In this document: piece by piece, positions 35,763 through 42,572 of the stretch | Numbering within the stretch: position 1 is the first letter of the stretch | How the letters are laid out: the number at the start of each line of letters is the position of its first letter | DNA from: Lentisphaeria bacterium | GTDB taxonomy: Bacteria > Verrucomicrobiota > Lentisphaeria > Oligosphaerales > Oligosphaeraceae | Assembly (NCBI GenBank): GCA_016303095.1 | Contig: JAEDMH010000001.1 | Span: forward strand, 1 to 57,584 | Length of the DNA: 57,584 nt | Direction of reading: 5' to 3' | Translations under genes and position numbers: made by a program | The notes under the pieces: generated by a model | What the model was told of the DNA's origin: nothing | The model's database searches: none | What the model saw: only the letters and a program-made list of their open reading frames with translations

Positions 35763-36595
35763 GAGCAAAGAATCGATTCGCCACAGAACGGGCCAGGACG
35801 GGGCGTGCCTTTACCCTGGTGGAGTTGTTGACGGTCATGGGCATCATCGGCATCTTGGCCTCTCTGCTGTTGGGGGCGGTGTCCACGGCCCGGGGGCATG
35901 CCCGGCGGGCCGCCTGTCTGAACAACCAGCGGCAGACCCTGCTGGCCATGCAGATGTATGCGGGGGACTACAATGGCAACATGATGGTCTGCGCCGGCTT
36001 CAACGAGAATGACGTGTGGGCCTACAAGGCGGTGCTGGGCACCTCTTCCGACTGGCGGAAGCAGGCGATAGAACGCTATGGGCGTGCCCTGGGAGGAAAA
36101 TTCTCCCTGGGGTATCTTCCGGAGGAGGCCACCAGCTGTCCCAATGGCCACTTTGTTTCCTGGCGCACCACCTGGTGCTATGCCACTCCCCAGACCCATC
36201 GGGTCTGGCCTCTGGCCTATGGCGCCCTGGAGGGGGTGGTGACCCTGAAGGGATTCGACCAGATCTTCCGGTTTGACAGCTCCCCCCTCTCCGCCTCTCG
36301 CACGTATGTGTTGAGCGATTCCTGCTTTGCCGAGCAGTCGAAGATCACCTACAATGGATACAAGCCGGATGTGGAGACCTATCGCATGCACACCGGCTCC
36401 TCCGGCGCTGACGAACTGGCCGCGGCCCGCCATGGACGGAAGATCAATGTGGGCTTCTGGGATGGCCACGGAGAATCCATGGACTGCCAGTCTGCCGCCG
36501 AACTTTTCTCCAAAGGCACCAAATCCACGGTCACCTACATCTTTGTGGATGGAGTATTGGAGGAGTTCGAAACCTCCGGAAGCCTGGAGGATTAG
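35759..36595 (+). CDS. Prepilin-type N-terminal cleavage/methylation protein with H-X9-DG C-terminal motif (pseudopilin-like)
   Basis: [24 protein letters not shown] class-III signal and [13 protein letters not shown] (H-X9-DG). AGGAGG RBS and ATGA overlap with the P4 stop. Confidence 0.85.
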   Translation: MRAKNRFATERARTGRAFTLVELLTVMGIIGILASLLLGAVSTARGHARRAACLNNQRQTLLAMQMYAGDYNGNMMVCAGFNENDVWAYKAVLGTSSDWRKQAIERYGRALGGKFSLGYLPEEATSCPNGHFVSWRTTWCYATPQTHRVWPLAYGALEGVVTLKGFDQIFRFDSSPLSASRTYVLSDSCFAEQSKITYNGYKPDVETYRMHTGSSGADELAAARHGRKINVGFWDGHGESMDCQSAAELFSKGTKSTVTYIFVDGVLEEFETSGSLED

Positions 36596-36766
36596 CCACT
36601 CTGTCTTTTCCTCCGGAGAGGTTTTTTCCGGGGGAAAGGGGGAATTTGGGAGGATTCGGGAGGCCAAGCCGGGAAAAAGGGACACATTACCCTGCATTCG
36701 TCTTCTCAAAGCCAGGGAAGTCCCATTCCCTCATGTTGCGTTGCCATCTTCCATTCCACCATCGTC

Positions 36767-38248
36767 ATGGAGTATTACTATCAGGGACAGTTGAGACTTC
36801 AGCTCTTTGGGGGCTCTCCCAACGTGACAGCCACCGTGCTTCTCTTTGCTTTCTTCCTGGTGCTGGGAGGAGTGGCCTTTGCCCGCCAGCGCATTCCGGG
36901 AAAACGCTGGCTTTGGGCAGGGGTGCCAGGATATCTTCTGTGTCTCCTGCTCCTGGAGGGATTGTTTCTTACCTATTCCCGGGGAGGCATGGTGGCCCTG
37001 GCCGTGGGATTGCTCTTCCTGGTCTGGAAAGAATGGCGCCTCCTGATTCCTCTCCTGGTGCCGGGACTCCTCCTGCTGGCCTTTACCCCTGCGGGCCTGA
37101 ATCGGGTCAAGGCGGTGGGAAATCTCCAAGACCGCTCCATCGGAAACCGGCTGATTCTCTGGTATCATGGATCGGGGATGATTCTGGACTATTGGAAGAA
37201 AGGGGTGGAGGTGGAGGCCTGCGGCACCCATTATACAAAATGGTATAAACCATTGGAGCAGAAGGTGGAAGGATATCGCGGCATGGTGAACGGGTATTTG
37301 ACCTACATGGGCAACCACGGATTGCCCAAGGCTTTCCTGGTCTTCTGGGGACTCTTCTTCCTGGTCTGCTGCACCCTGGATCTGGGCTATCTCAGGAATA
37401 TGCCCTTCTACCGATGTCTGGGGGCGGGAATGCTCTCCATGGCGGTCTGCGAGGTCTTCAGCACCATGTTCATCTTCCCCTCCATCCGGTGGTGCATGGG
37501 AATCGGCGGCGCCCTTGCCTTGGCAGGATTCCTCTGGAGCCATCGGGATGTCTGGCGCCGGCAGGCGGGGGCGCTGGCGACTCTGGGAAGAAGATTCGCA
37601 AGGCTGGCAGGCGCCGGTGCCCTCCTGGCTCTTCTCCCTCTTCTTGTGGTGGCGGTGATGGGATCCCTCGCCCGCCGAGAACAGTATTACCGCAGAACCA
37701 CGGGAACCCTGTCTCTGGATGGGAAGACGATGGCCTTTCAGCAATTCACGGCGAATCATCCCAATGGACGATGGATTCTCCATCTGGCGGGAAATGTGGA
37801 GGAGGAGGCCCGCAGCCGCATCCTGCCTCTGTGCCAAGCCGGCTACGGAGTTCTTTCCCTGGAAGGGGCAGAGAGATGGTCCTCCGAGGAAATGGATCGA
37901 AGACTCCCCTTGCTCCTGGCAAGACGGGAAAATCCCCCGTTCTCCGTTCTGATGGTTTCCGGAGGCCTGCCTGCCAATTGCGTTTTCCGTAGGTTCTGCG
38001 AAAAACGCCCGGAGAACATCTCGTGCCTGGTGCTCTGGGAACCCATTTGGCAACATCCCATGGAGGAGTATTCCCTGGAAGCCATGGACATTCCCGAAGG
38101 AGGCCACGTCCTGTTCCTGGAGGACGAGGAATGGGGACATTCCATGGGGGAAGCCTATGGAAAGACCCAGAAAGAAGAACGTGCAATCCAGGTTCCCTCG
38201 GGAGACCAGCTGGCCGAGGCCCTGGGAACCGCCTTGGAGGAACACTGA
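36767..38248 (+). CDS. Short O-antigen-ligase-like (Wzy_C-type) membrane protein with a soluble C-terminal domain
   Basis: About 8 TM helices. LTYSRGGMVALAVGLLFL resembles the Wzy_C core. It seems to lack the first ~4-5 helices of typical WaaL/Wzy_C proteins. The C-terminal ~190 aa are soluble and alpha/beta-like, with no clear GxSxG. Confidence 0.6.
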   Translation: MEYYYQGQLRLQLFGGSPNVTATVLLFAFFLVLGGVAFARQRIPGKRWLWAGVPGYLLCLLLLEGLFLTYSRGGMVALAVGLLFLVWKEWRLLIPLLVPGLLLLAFTPAGLNRVKAVGNLQDRSIGNRLILWYHGSGMILDYWKKGVEVEACGTHYTKWYKPLEQKVEGYRGMVNGYLTYMGNHGLPKAFLVFWGLFFLVCCTLDLGYLRNMPFYRCLGAGMLSMAVCEVFSTMFIFPSIRWCMGIGGALALAGFLWSHRDVWRRQAGALATLGRRFARLAGAGALLALLPLLVVAVMGSLARREQYYRRTTGTLSLDGKTMAFQQFTANHPNGRWILHLAGNVEEEARSRILPLCQAGYGVLSLEGAERWSSEEMDRRLPLLLARRENPPFSVLMVSGGLPANCVFRRFCEKRPENISCLVLWEPIWQHPMEEYSLEAMDIPEGGHVLFLEDEEWGHSMGEAYGKTQKEERAIQVPSGDQLAEALGTALEEH

Positions 38249-38256
38249 GGCTTCCC

Positions 38257-38279
38257 CGCAGACCACACAGTAATGCCCT
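38257..38279. repeat. 23-nt direct repeat, left copy (CGCAGACCACACAGTAATGCCCT)
   Basis: Matches 39717..39739 with 2 mismatches. It also forms the 5' side and loop of a hairpin (CCCCGCAG 38254-61 pairs with CTGCGGGG 38278-85). Confidence 0.6.
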
Positions 38280-38393
38280 GCGGGGCCACAGGCTTTCAAC
38301 AGGGAGCACACGGAATCCACGCTGGGCGGGGCGCGGAGACCCCAGAGGGGCGGTCCATGCACCCCGCACGTCCCGCTTCTGGGGGAGGGAGCC

Positions 38394-38417
38394 TCTCTAG
38401 AATCTCTAGAATCTCTC
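38394..38417. repeat. TCTAGA-core tandem repeat, left (TCTCTAGAA x2 plus TCTCTC)
   Basis: Read directly from the sequence. Two XbaI-type palindromes sit 9 nt apart, about 70 nt upstream of small Cys protein B. Confidence 0.7.
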
Positions 38418-38487
38418 GCCCCTGGTGTTCGACGAAAAATCCACACCACGTGTACTCAATCAGAAAACCAAACAAGGAGGAAGCCCC

Positions 38488-38754
38488 ATGAAAGGTGTTC
38501 TTGTTTCTCTTGTCTTTGTTCTCCTCGGTACAGGGCTGGCCCTAAGTCGAACCATGGTCCTCGCCGAACAGAATGAATTGTGCCGGTTGGCCTGTAATAA
38601 GAATGACAATGATCAAGTCGCGATTTGCAATCGGGAGTTTGGTGCTGGCGGCCCCCAGGAGAGTGAAGAGAGGAGGTTGGCTTGTCTCCTTGCCGCCGAC
38701 AAATCTTGGCGTTTATGCATGTCCGGTTGTTCTGATGCGGAGGTTGACAGATGA
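38488..38754 (+). CDS. Small secreted six-cysteine protein B (CX3C-X10-C-X18-C-X10-CX3C)
   Basis: 88 aa. AAGGAGG RBS 7 nt upstream. Signal MKGVLVSLVFVLLGTGLALS. Same Cys spacing as protein A except for the central loop. ATGA overlap with the P5 start. Confidence 0.7.
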   Translation: MKGVLVSLVFVLLGTGLALSRTMVLAEQNELCRLACNKNDNDQVAICNREFGAGGPQESEERRLACLLAADKSWRLCMSGCSDAEVDR

Positions 38755-39701
38755 GACGGGAAGAAAGGCATAAGGGCGTTCTGGCCTGGTTTTCCCCGAG
38801 GTGGAGAGGAATTTGCCGCACCTGGTTTGGGTGGGCCCTGATTCTTTGTTTGATGGCGGGGCAGGGGGCAGGGGGGGAGGAGCAGGATTGGGAAAGACTC
38901 CTTCGGGAGGCGGAGGCAACCATGCGACAGGCCACCATGACCTTCCGGCAACGGATCGGCCTGGGGAATGCCTCCTCCCAAACCAAGACGGAGGTGCTGG
39001 TATGGCAGAAAGGGGCTGGCGATGGCACGGTGCAACGGAGGATGGAGATTGCGGGAACGGGGTCTCAACCGGAGAACCTGCGGGGAGGACAGATGCTTTT
39101 CCGCACCTACTACAACGACCAGGGAAGAACGGAGGTGATTTTCTGGCAGGACAAGTGCTGGGGCATTCGCGTCCCCGCCGCCATCCCCCGATTTTTCCCG
39201 GAGACCCCGGCCCTGTTCTCCGGCAAGGAAAGTCTTTTTCACGAATATCCTTGCTGGGAAATCACCCGACACTACCAGGATAAAAACGGAAATGCCCTGC
39301 AGGATGTCTATCAGGTGGATCGGGAACACCGCGTCATTCGCCAAATGCGCTCCTTTAACGCCCAGGGAATGCCCACCTTCGCCTGCACCTACGAGGATTT
39401 CGATTGGCACCCCACCTTCCCTCCTGAACTCTTCCAACTGCCTCAGAAACTCCAGCTCTCTCTGGCGAAAAACGAGGAGGAGTTCACAAAAAAGAAAAGC
39501 CAGGCGATGGAGGAACTGACCAGGGAATGGAATCGGCGAGAAAAGGGGCGCAAAAACATCCCCTCTTTTCCTTGGCAAGAACGATGGAAAAGACGGATGA
39601 GGCATGCCTCTGGGCGCTTCGCACTCCTTGGCCTGGCCTTAGGATCCTTCCTCCTCCTGGGGCTGGGGATCGCCCTGAAGGTCCGGACAAAAAAAATGTG
39701 A
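38751..39701 (+). CDS. Island paralog P5 (most divergent)
   Basis: N-terminal anchor/signal WFGWALILCLMAGQGAG. Motifs YYNDQGRTEVIFW, YPCWEI, REHRVIRQMRSFNAQG and DFDWHP..LFQLP. C-terminal TM FALLGLALGSFLLLGLGIALK plus VRTKKM tail. Confidence 0.8.
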   Translation: MRREERHKGVLAWFSPRWRGICRTWFGWALILCLMAGQGAGGEEQDWERLLREAEATMRQATMTFRQRIGLGNASSQTKTEVLVWQKGAGDGTVQRRMEIAGTGSQPENLRGGQMLFRTYYNDQGRTEVIFWQDKCWGIRVPAAIPRFFPETPALFSGKESLFHEYPCWEITRHYQDKNGNALQDVYQVDREHRVIRQMRSFNAQGMPTFACTYEDFDWHPTFPPELFQLPQKLQLSLAKNEEEFTKKKSQAMEELTREWNRREKGRKNIPSFPWQERWKRRMRHASGRFALLGLALGSFLLLGLGIALKVRTKKM

Positions 39702-39716
39702 GCGCTGCCGCAGGAA

Positions 39717-39739
39717 CGCAGACCACGCAGAAATGCCCT
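39717..39739. repeat. 23-nt direct repeat, right copy (CGCAGACCACGCAGAAATGCCCT)
   Basis: See 38257..38279. Here it sits only 3 nt before the TCTAGA repeats. Confidence 0.6.
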
Positions 39740-39742
39740 TAT

Positions 39743-39766
39743 TTCTAGATCTCTAGATTTCTAGAT
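39743..39766. repeat. TCTAGA-core tandem repeat, right (YTCTAGAT x3)
   Basis: TTCTAGAT CTCTAGAT TTCTAGAT. Shares the 9-mer ATCTCTAGA with the left repeat (38402-10 versus 39749-57). Confidence 0.7.
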
Positions 39767-39806
39767 TTTCGCAGGCGGGGTGTCTCCGGGGTGTTGCCGG
39801 GCGAGC

Positions 39807-39834
39807 TTGCAAAAGGGTGGGCAAGGGTTATAGT
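39807..39834 (+). promoter_or_regulatory. Putative promoter of the rplK operon (TTGCAA-N16-TATAGT)
   Basis: TTGCAA at 39807-12 and TATAGT at 39829-34. Leaves a ~130-nt leader before rplK. Confidence 0.45.
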
Positions 39835-39967
39835 AAGGGTTCGTCTTTTCATGGCAGGCGTGTCATCTCCTTGACAGGGGCGGACATGGACCGTAGAAAA
39901 AGTGACATTTTTCGGGAGAGGACCTGCCACTTCTTACCGGAGAATGTCCGTTTTAGGAACAAACACG

Positions 39968-40393
39968 ATGGCAAAAAAAGTCACGGGTATCGTTCGCCTG
40001 CAGATTCCCGCCGGCGCCGCCAATCCCGCTCCCCCCGTGGGACCGGCATTGGGTCAGGCTGGCGTGAATATCATGGCGTTCTGCAAGCAGTTTAATGCTG
40101 CTACCCAGGGACAGGCCGGACTGGTGATTCCCGTGGTGATCACGGTCTATCAGGACCGTTCCTTCACCTTCATCACCAAGTCCCCCCCCGCCGCCGTGCT
40201 GCTGAAGAAGGCAGCGGGTGTGGCGGCTGGCGCCAAGACCCCGGGAAAGGAAAAGGTCGGCAAGGTCACCCGCAAGGACCTGGAGGCGATTGCGGAGACC
40301 AAGAAGGCTGACATGAACTCTCGCAGTGTGGAGGCGGCGGTCAAGATCATCGCCGGAACCGCCCGGAGCATGGGCATCGAGGTGGTGGAATGA
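39968..40393 (+). CDS. rplK: 50S ribosomal protein L11
   Basis: [36 protein letters not shown] and FCKQFN motifs. Confidence 0.95.
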   Translation: MAKKVTGIVRLQIPAGAANPAPPVGPALGQAGVNIMAFCKQFNAATQGQAGLVIPVVITVYQDRSFTFITKSPPAAVLLKKAAGVAAGAKTPGKEKVGKVTRKDLEAIAETKKADMNSRSVEAAVKIIAGTARSMGIEVVE

Positions 40394-41091
40394 GACGCAG
40401 AAGTAAGCTCTATCGCTCTCGCTGCGCGAATCTGGACCGCAGCAAGAACTACGTCTTCGAAGAAGGCGTCAAGCTCCTGAAATCCATGCCCACCGCCAAG
40501 TTCGACGAGACCGTCGAGCTGGCCTTTGTCCTGGGCATCGATCCCCGCCAGTCTGACCAGATCGTCCGTGGAGCCGTTGTGCTTCCTCGGGGGACGGGAA
40601 AGACCCAGAAGGTGGTGGTGGTGGCCGACGGCCCCGCCGCCGATGCCGCGAAGGCGGCCGGCGCGGACGAAGTGGGCTATCAGGAACTCCTCCAGAAGAT
40701 CAAGGGCGGCTGGCTGGATTTTGACATCCTCATCGCCACTCCCGCCGCCATGAAAGAGGTGCGTACCCTGGGCCGTGTGCTGGGTCCCCGCGGTTTGATG
40801 CCCAACCCCAAGACGGGCACCGTGACCGATGACACCGCCACTGCCGTCAAGGAGGCCAAGGCCGGACGTGTGGAATACCGTTGCGACAAGGCCGGATGCG
40901 TGATGATGCCCGTGGGCAAGCTCTCCTTCGAGGAGGACGCCCTGCTGGACAACATCAACACCGCCTTCCGCACCATCCTCAAGGCCCGTCCCGCCGCCGT
41001 GAAGGGCGTTTACATGAAAGCGGCCACCCTGTGCTCCACCATGGGCCCGGGCATTCCCCTGGATGTGAACGCCAAGCTGAAGGAGAGGTAA
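40390..41091 (+). CDS. rplA: 50S ribosomal protein L1
   Basis: [36 protein letters not shown] and GTVT motifs. ATGA overlap with rplK. Confidence 0.95.
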   Translation: MRRRSKLYRSRCANLDRSKNYVFEEGVKLLKSMPTAKFDETVELAFVLGIDPRQSDQIVRGAVVLPRGTGKTQKVVVVADGPAADAAKAAGADEVGYQELLQKIKGGWLDFDILIATPAAMKEVRTLGRVLGPRGLMPNPKTGTVTDDTATAVKEAKAGRVEYRCDKAGCVMMPVGKLSFEEDALLDNINTAFRTILKARPAAVKGVYMKAATLCSTMGPGIPLDVNAKLKER

Positions 41092-41094
41092 GCC

Positions 41095-41634
41095 ATGAGA
41101 GCAGAAAAAGTGCAGATGTTGGAAGTGGTGAAGGGGCTCCTCAAGGACAAGCCCGTCTTCATCATTGGCTTCGATGCTCTGACGGTGGCCGAGTTCAGCG
41201 AGTTCCGCACCAAGTTGTCTTCCCTGGGCGGCGAAGTCCATGTGGTCAAGAACACCTTGATCCGCAAGGCTGCCGAAGCCCTGGGATACGAAGGTCTGGC
41301 GCAGCAGAAGCTCGCCCTTGCCAGTGCCGTGGTCAGCGGCGACGCGGATCCTGTGGCCCTGGCGAAGGCGGTGAAGGAACTCACCAAGAGCGCCATTCGG
41401 GAAGACAAGAGCCCCAAGGTCACCATCAAGGCCGGCTGGCTGGAAGGCCAGTATCTTTCCGGCGCCGATGTGGAGGCCCTGGCGGAGCTGCCGCCCCGGG
41501 AGGCTCTTCTTGGCCAGTTGCTGGGTCTGCTGCAGGCTCCCGCCGGTCAGTTGGTTCGCGTCCTCAATGCGAAGTTGTCGAGTGTTGTGTACGTCTTAAA
41601 TGCTTTCTTGCAGAAGAAAGAGCAAGCCGCTTAA
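41095..41634 (+). CDS. rplJ: 50S ribosomal protein L10
   Basis: Position between L1 and L7/L12. [20 protein letters not shown] and LLGLLQAPA blocks. Confidence 0.9.
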   Translation: MRAEKVQMLEVVKGLLKDKPVFIIGFDALTVAEFSEFRTKLSSLGGEVHVVKNTLIRKAAEALGYEGLAQQKLALASAVVSGDADPVALAKAVKELTKSAIREDKSPKVTIKAGWLEGQYLSGADVEALAELPPREALLGQLLGLLQAPAGQLVRVLNAKLSSVVYVLNAFLQKKEQAA

Positions 41635-41653
41635 AACAGAGGAAACTACTACA

Positions 41654-42052
41654 ATGGCTGATGAAAAGATCGAGTTGACTGCCGAAATGGAGCAGTTTGT
41701 GAGCTACATCGAGGGACTCACCGTCCTGGATCTCTCCAAGCTGGTGAAGGCTCTTGAGGAGCGCCTGGGCGTCTCCGCCGCCGCCCCCGTGGCCGTGGCC
41801 GCCGCCGCCCCCGCCGCCGCCGCTGCTCCCGTGGAGGAGAAGACCGAGTTCGACGTGATCCTGGTGGACGCTGGCGCCCAGAAGATCCCCGTGATCAAGG
41901 AAGTCCGCGCTCTGACCGGTCTGGGCCTGAAGGAGGCCAAGGATCTGGTGGACGGTGCTCCCAAGGCTCTGAAGACCGGCGCTTCCAAGGAAGAGGCCGA
42001 GCAGATCAAGGCCAAGCTGGAAGCCGCTGGCGCCAAGGTCGAGGTCAAGTAG
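41654..42052 (+). CDS. rplL: 50S ribosomal protein L7/L12
   Basis: Ala-rich hinge followed by [38 protein letters not shown], ending in KVEVK. Confidence 0.95.
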   Translation: MADEKIELTAEMEQFVSYIEGLTVLDLSKLVKALEERLGVSAAAPVAVAAAAPAAAAAPVEEKTEFDVILVDAGAQKIPVIKEVRALTGLGLKEAKDLVDGAPKALKTGASKEEAEQIKAKLEAAGAKVEVK

Positions 42053-42088
42053 CCATGAGGCTGTCGTTTTCGGCAGCATAATGGAGAT

Positions 42089-42135
42089 CGCCGCAGAGGC
42101 TTTTCCCTTGGGAAAGTCACCTCTGCGGCGCTTTT
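42089..42135 (+). terminator. rplL-rpoB attenuator-like hairpin
   Basis: Perfect 11-bp arms: CGCCGCAGAGG (42089-99) pairs with CCTCTGCGGCG (42120-30). An inner TTTCCC/GGGAAA stem is present. Followed by CTTTT. Confidence 0.5.
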
Positions 42136-42572
42136 GCGCCCTAGGGCTTTGGCTTTGGGGCGCCTTCGGCTCTCCCTGGCAGGGGAAGGGTTTTTCTGCC
42201 CGGGAGAGCCGGAGAAATCAAGAGGCAGTGTTTGCGCGCCGTGCGTTCCGGGTTCCGGGAGAGGGGTGGTGAGACGAAGTAGATCGCCCCAGAGCTATAA
42301 GAGGAGCCTGAGTGCGGCGCAGCGCGTCCTAGTGATGGCGCAGGCGGTGTCGCTCCCGTTGTGTCTGGGGGCGTCTCCGCCTTCGCGTGGAGGATGCGTG
42401 TCCCTTTGCGGGATTTCTCCCGTGTCCGGTTTTCGCCGGGGCGCCTGAAGTGCCCGGCTAGTTTTTCTGCATCCGATCCGTGGTCCAGCCCAGGGAGATT
42501 CCATCCCTTTTTCCAGGGCGGGCCGCGTTTTTCCCCATCCCCCCATCCCCCTGTGGCAACAGAAGGAGCAAG

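Noticed and set aside
35468-38449. Long minus-strand ORFs inside the island (35468..36709 and 36731..38449).
   Set aside because: They are antisense to the pseudopilin-like and Wzy_C-like genes, which have clear family motifs. The translations are low-complexity.
38394-39766. TCTAGA-core short tandem repeats considered as a possible CRISPR array or as IS/MITE terminal inverted repeats.
   Set aside because: The repeat units are only 8-9 nt with no spacers, so this is not CRISPR. The two sites are in direct, not inverted, orientation, and no transposase lies between them. They are kept as an unexplained repeat finding instead.
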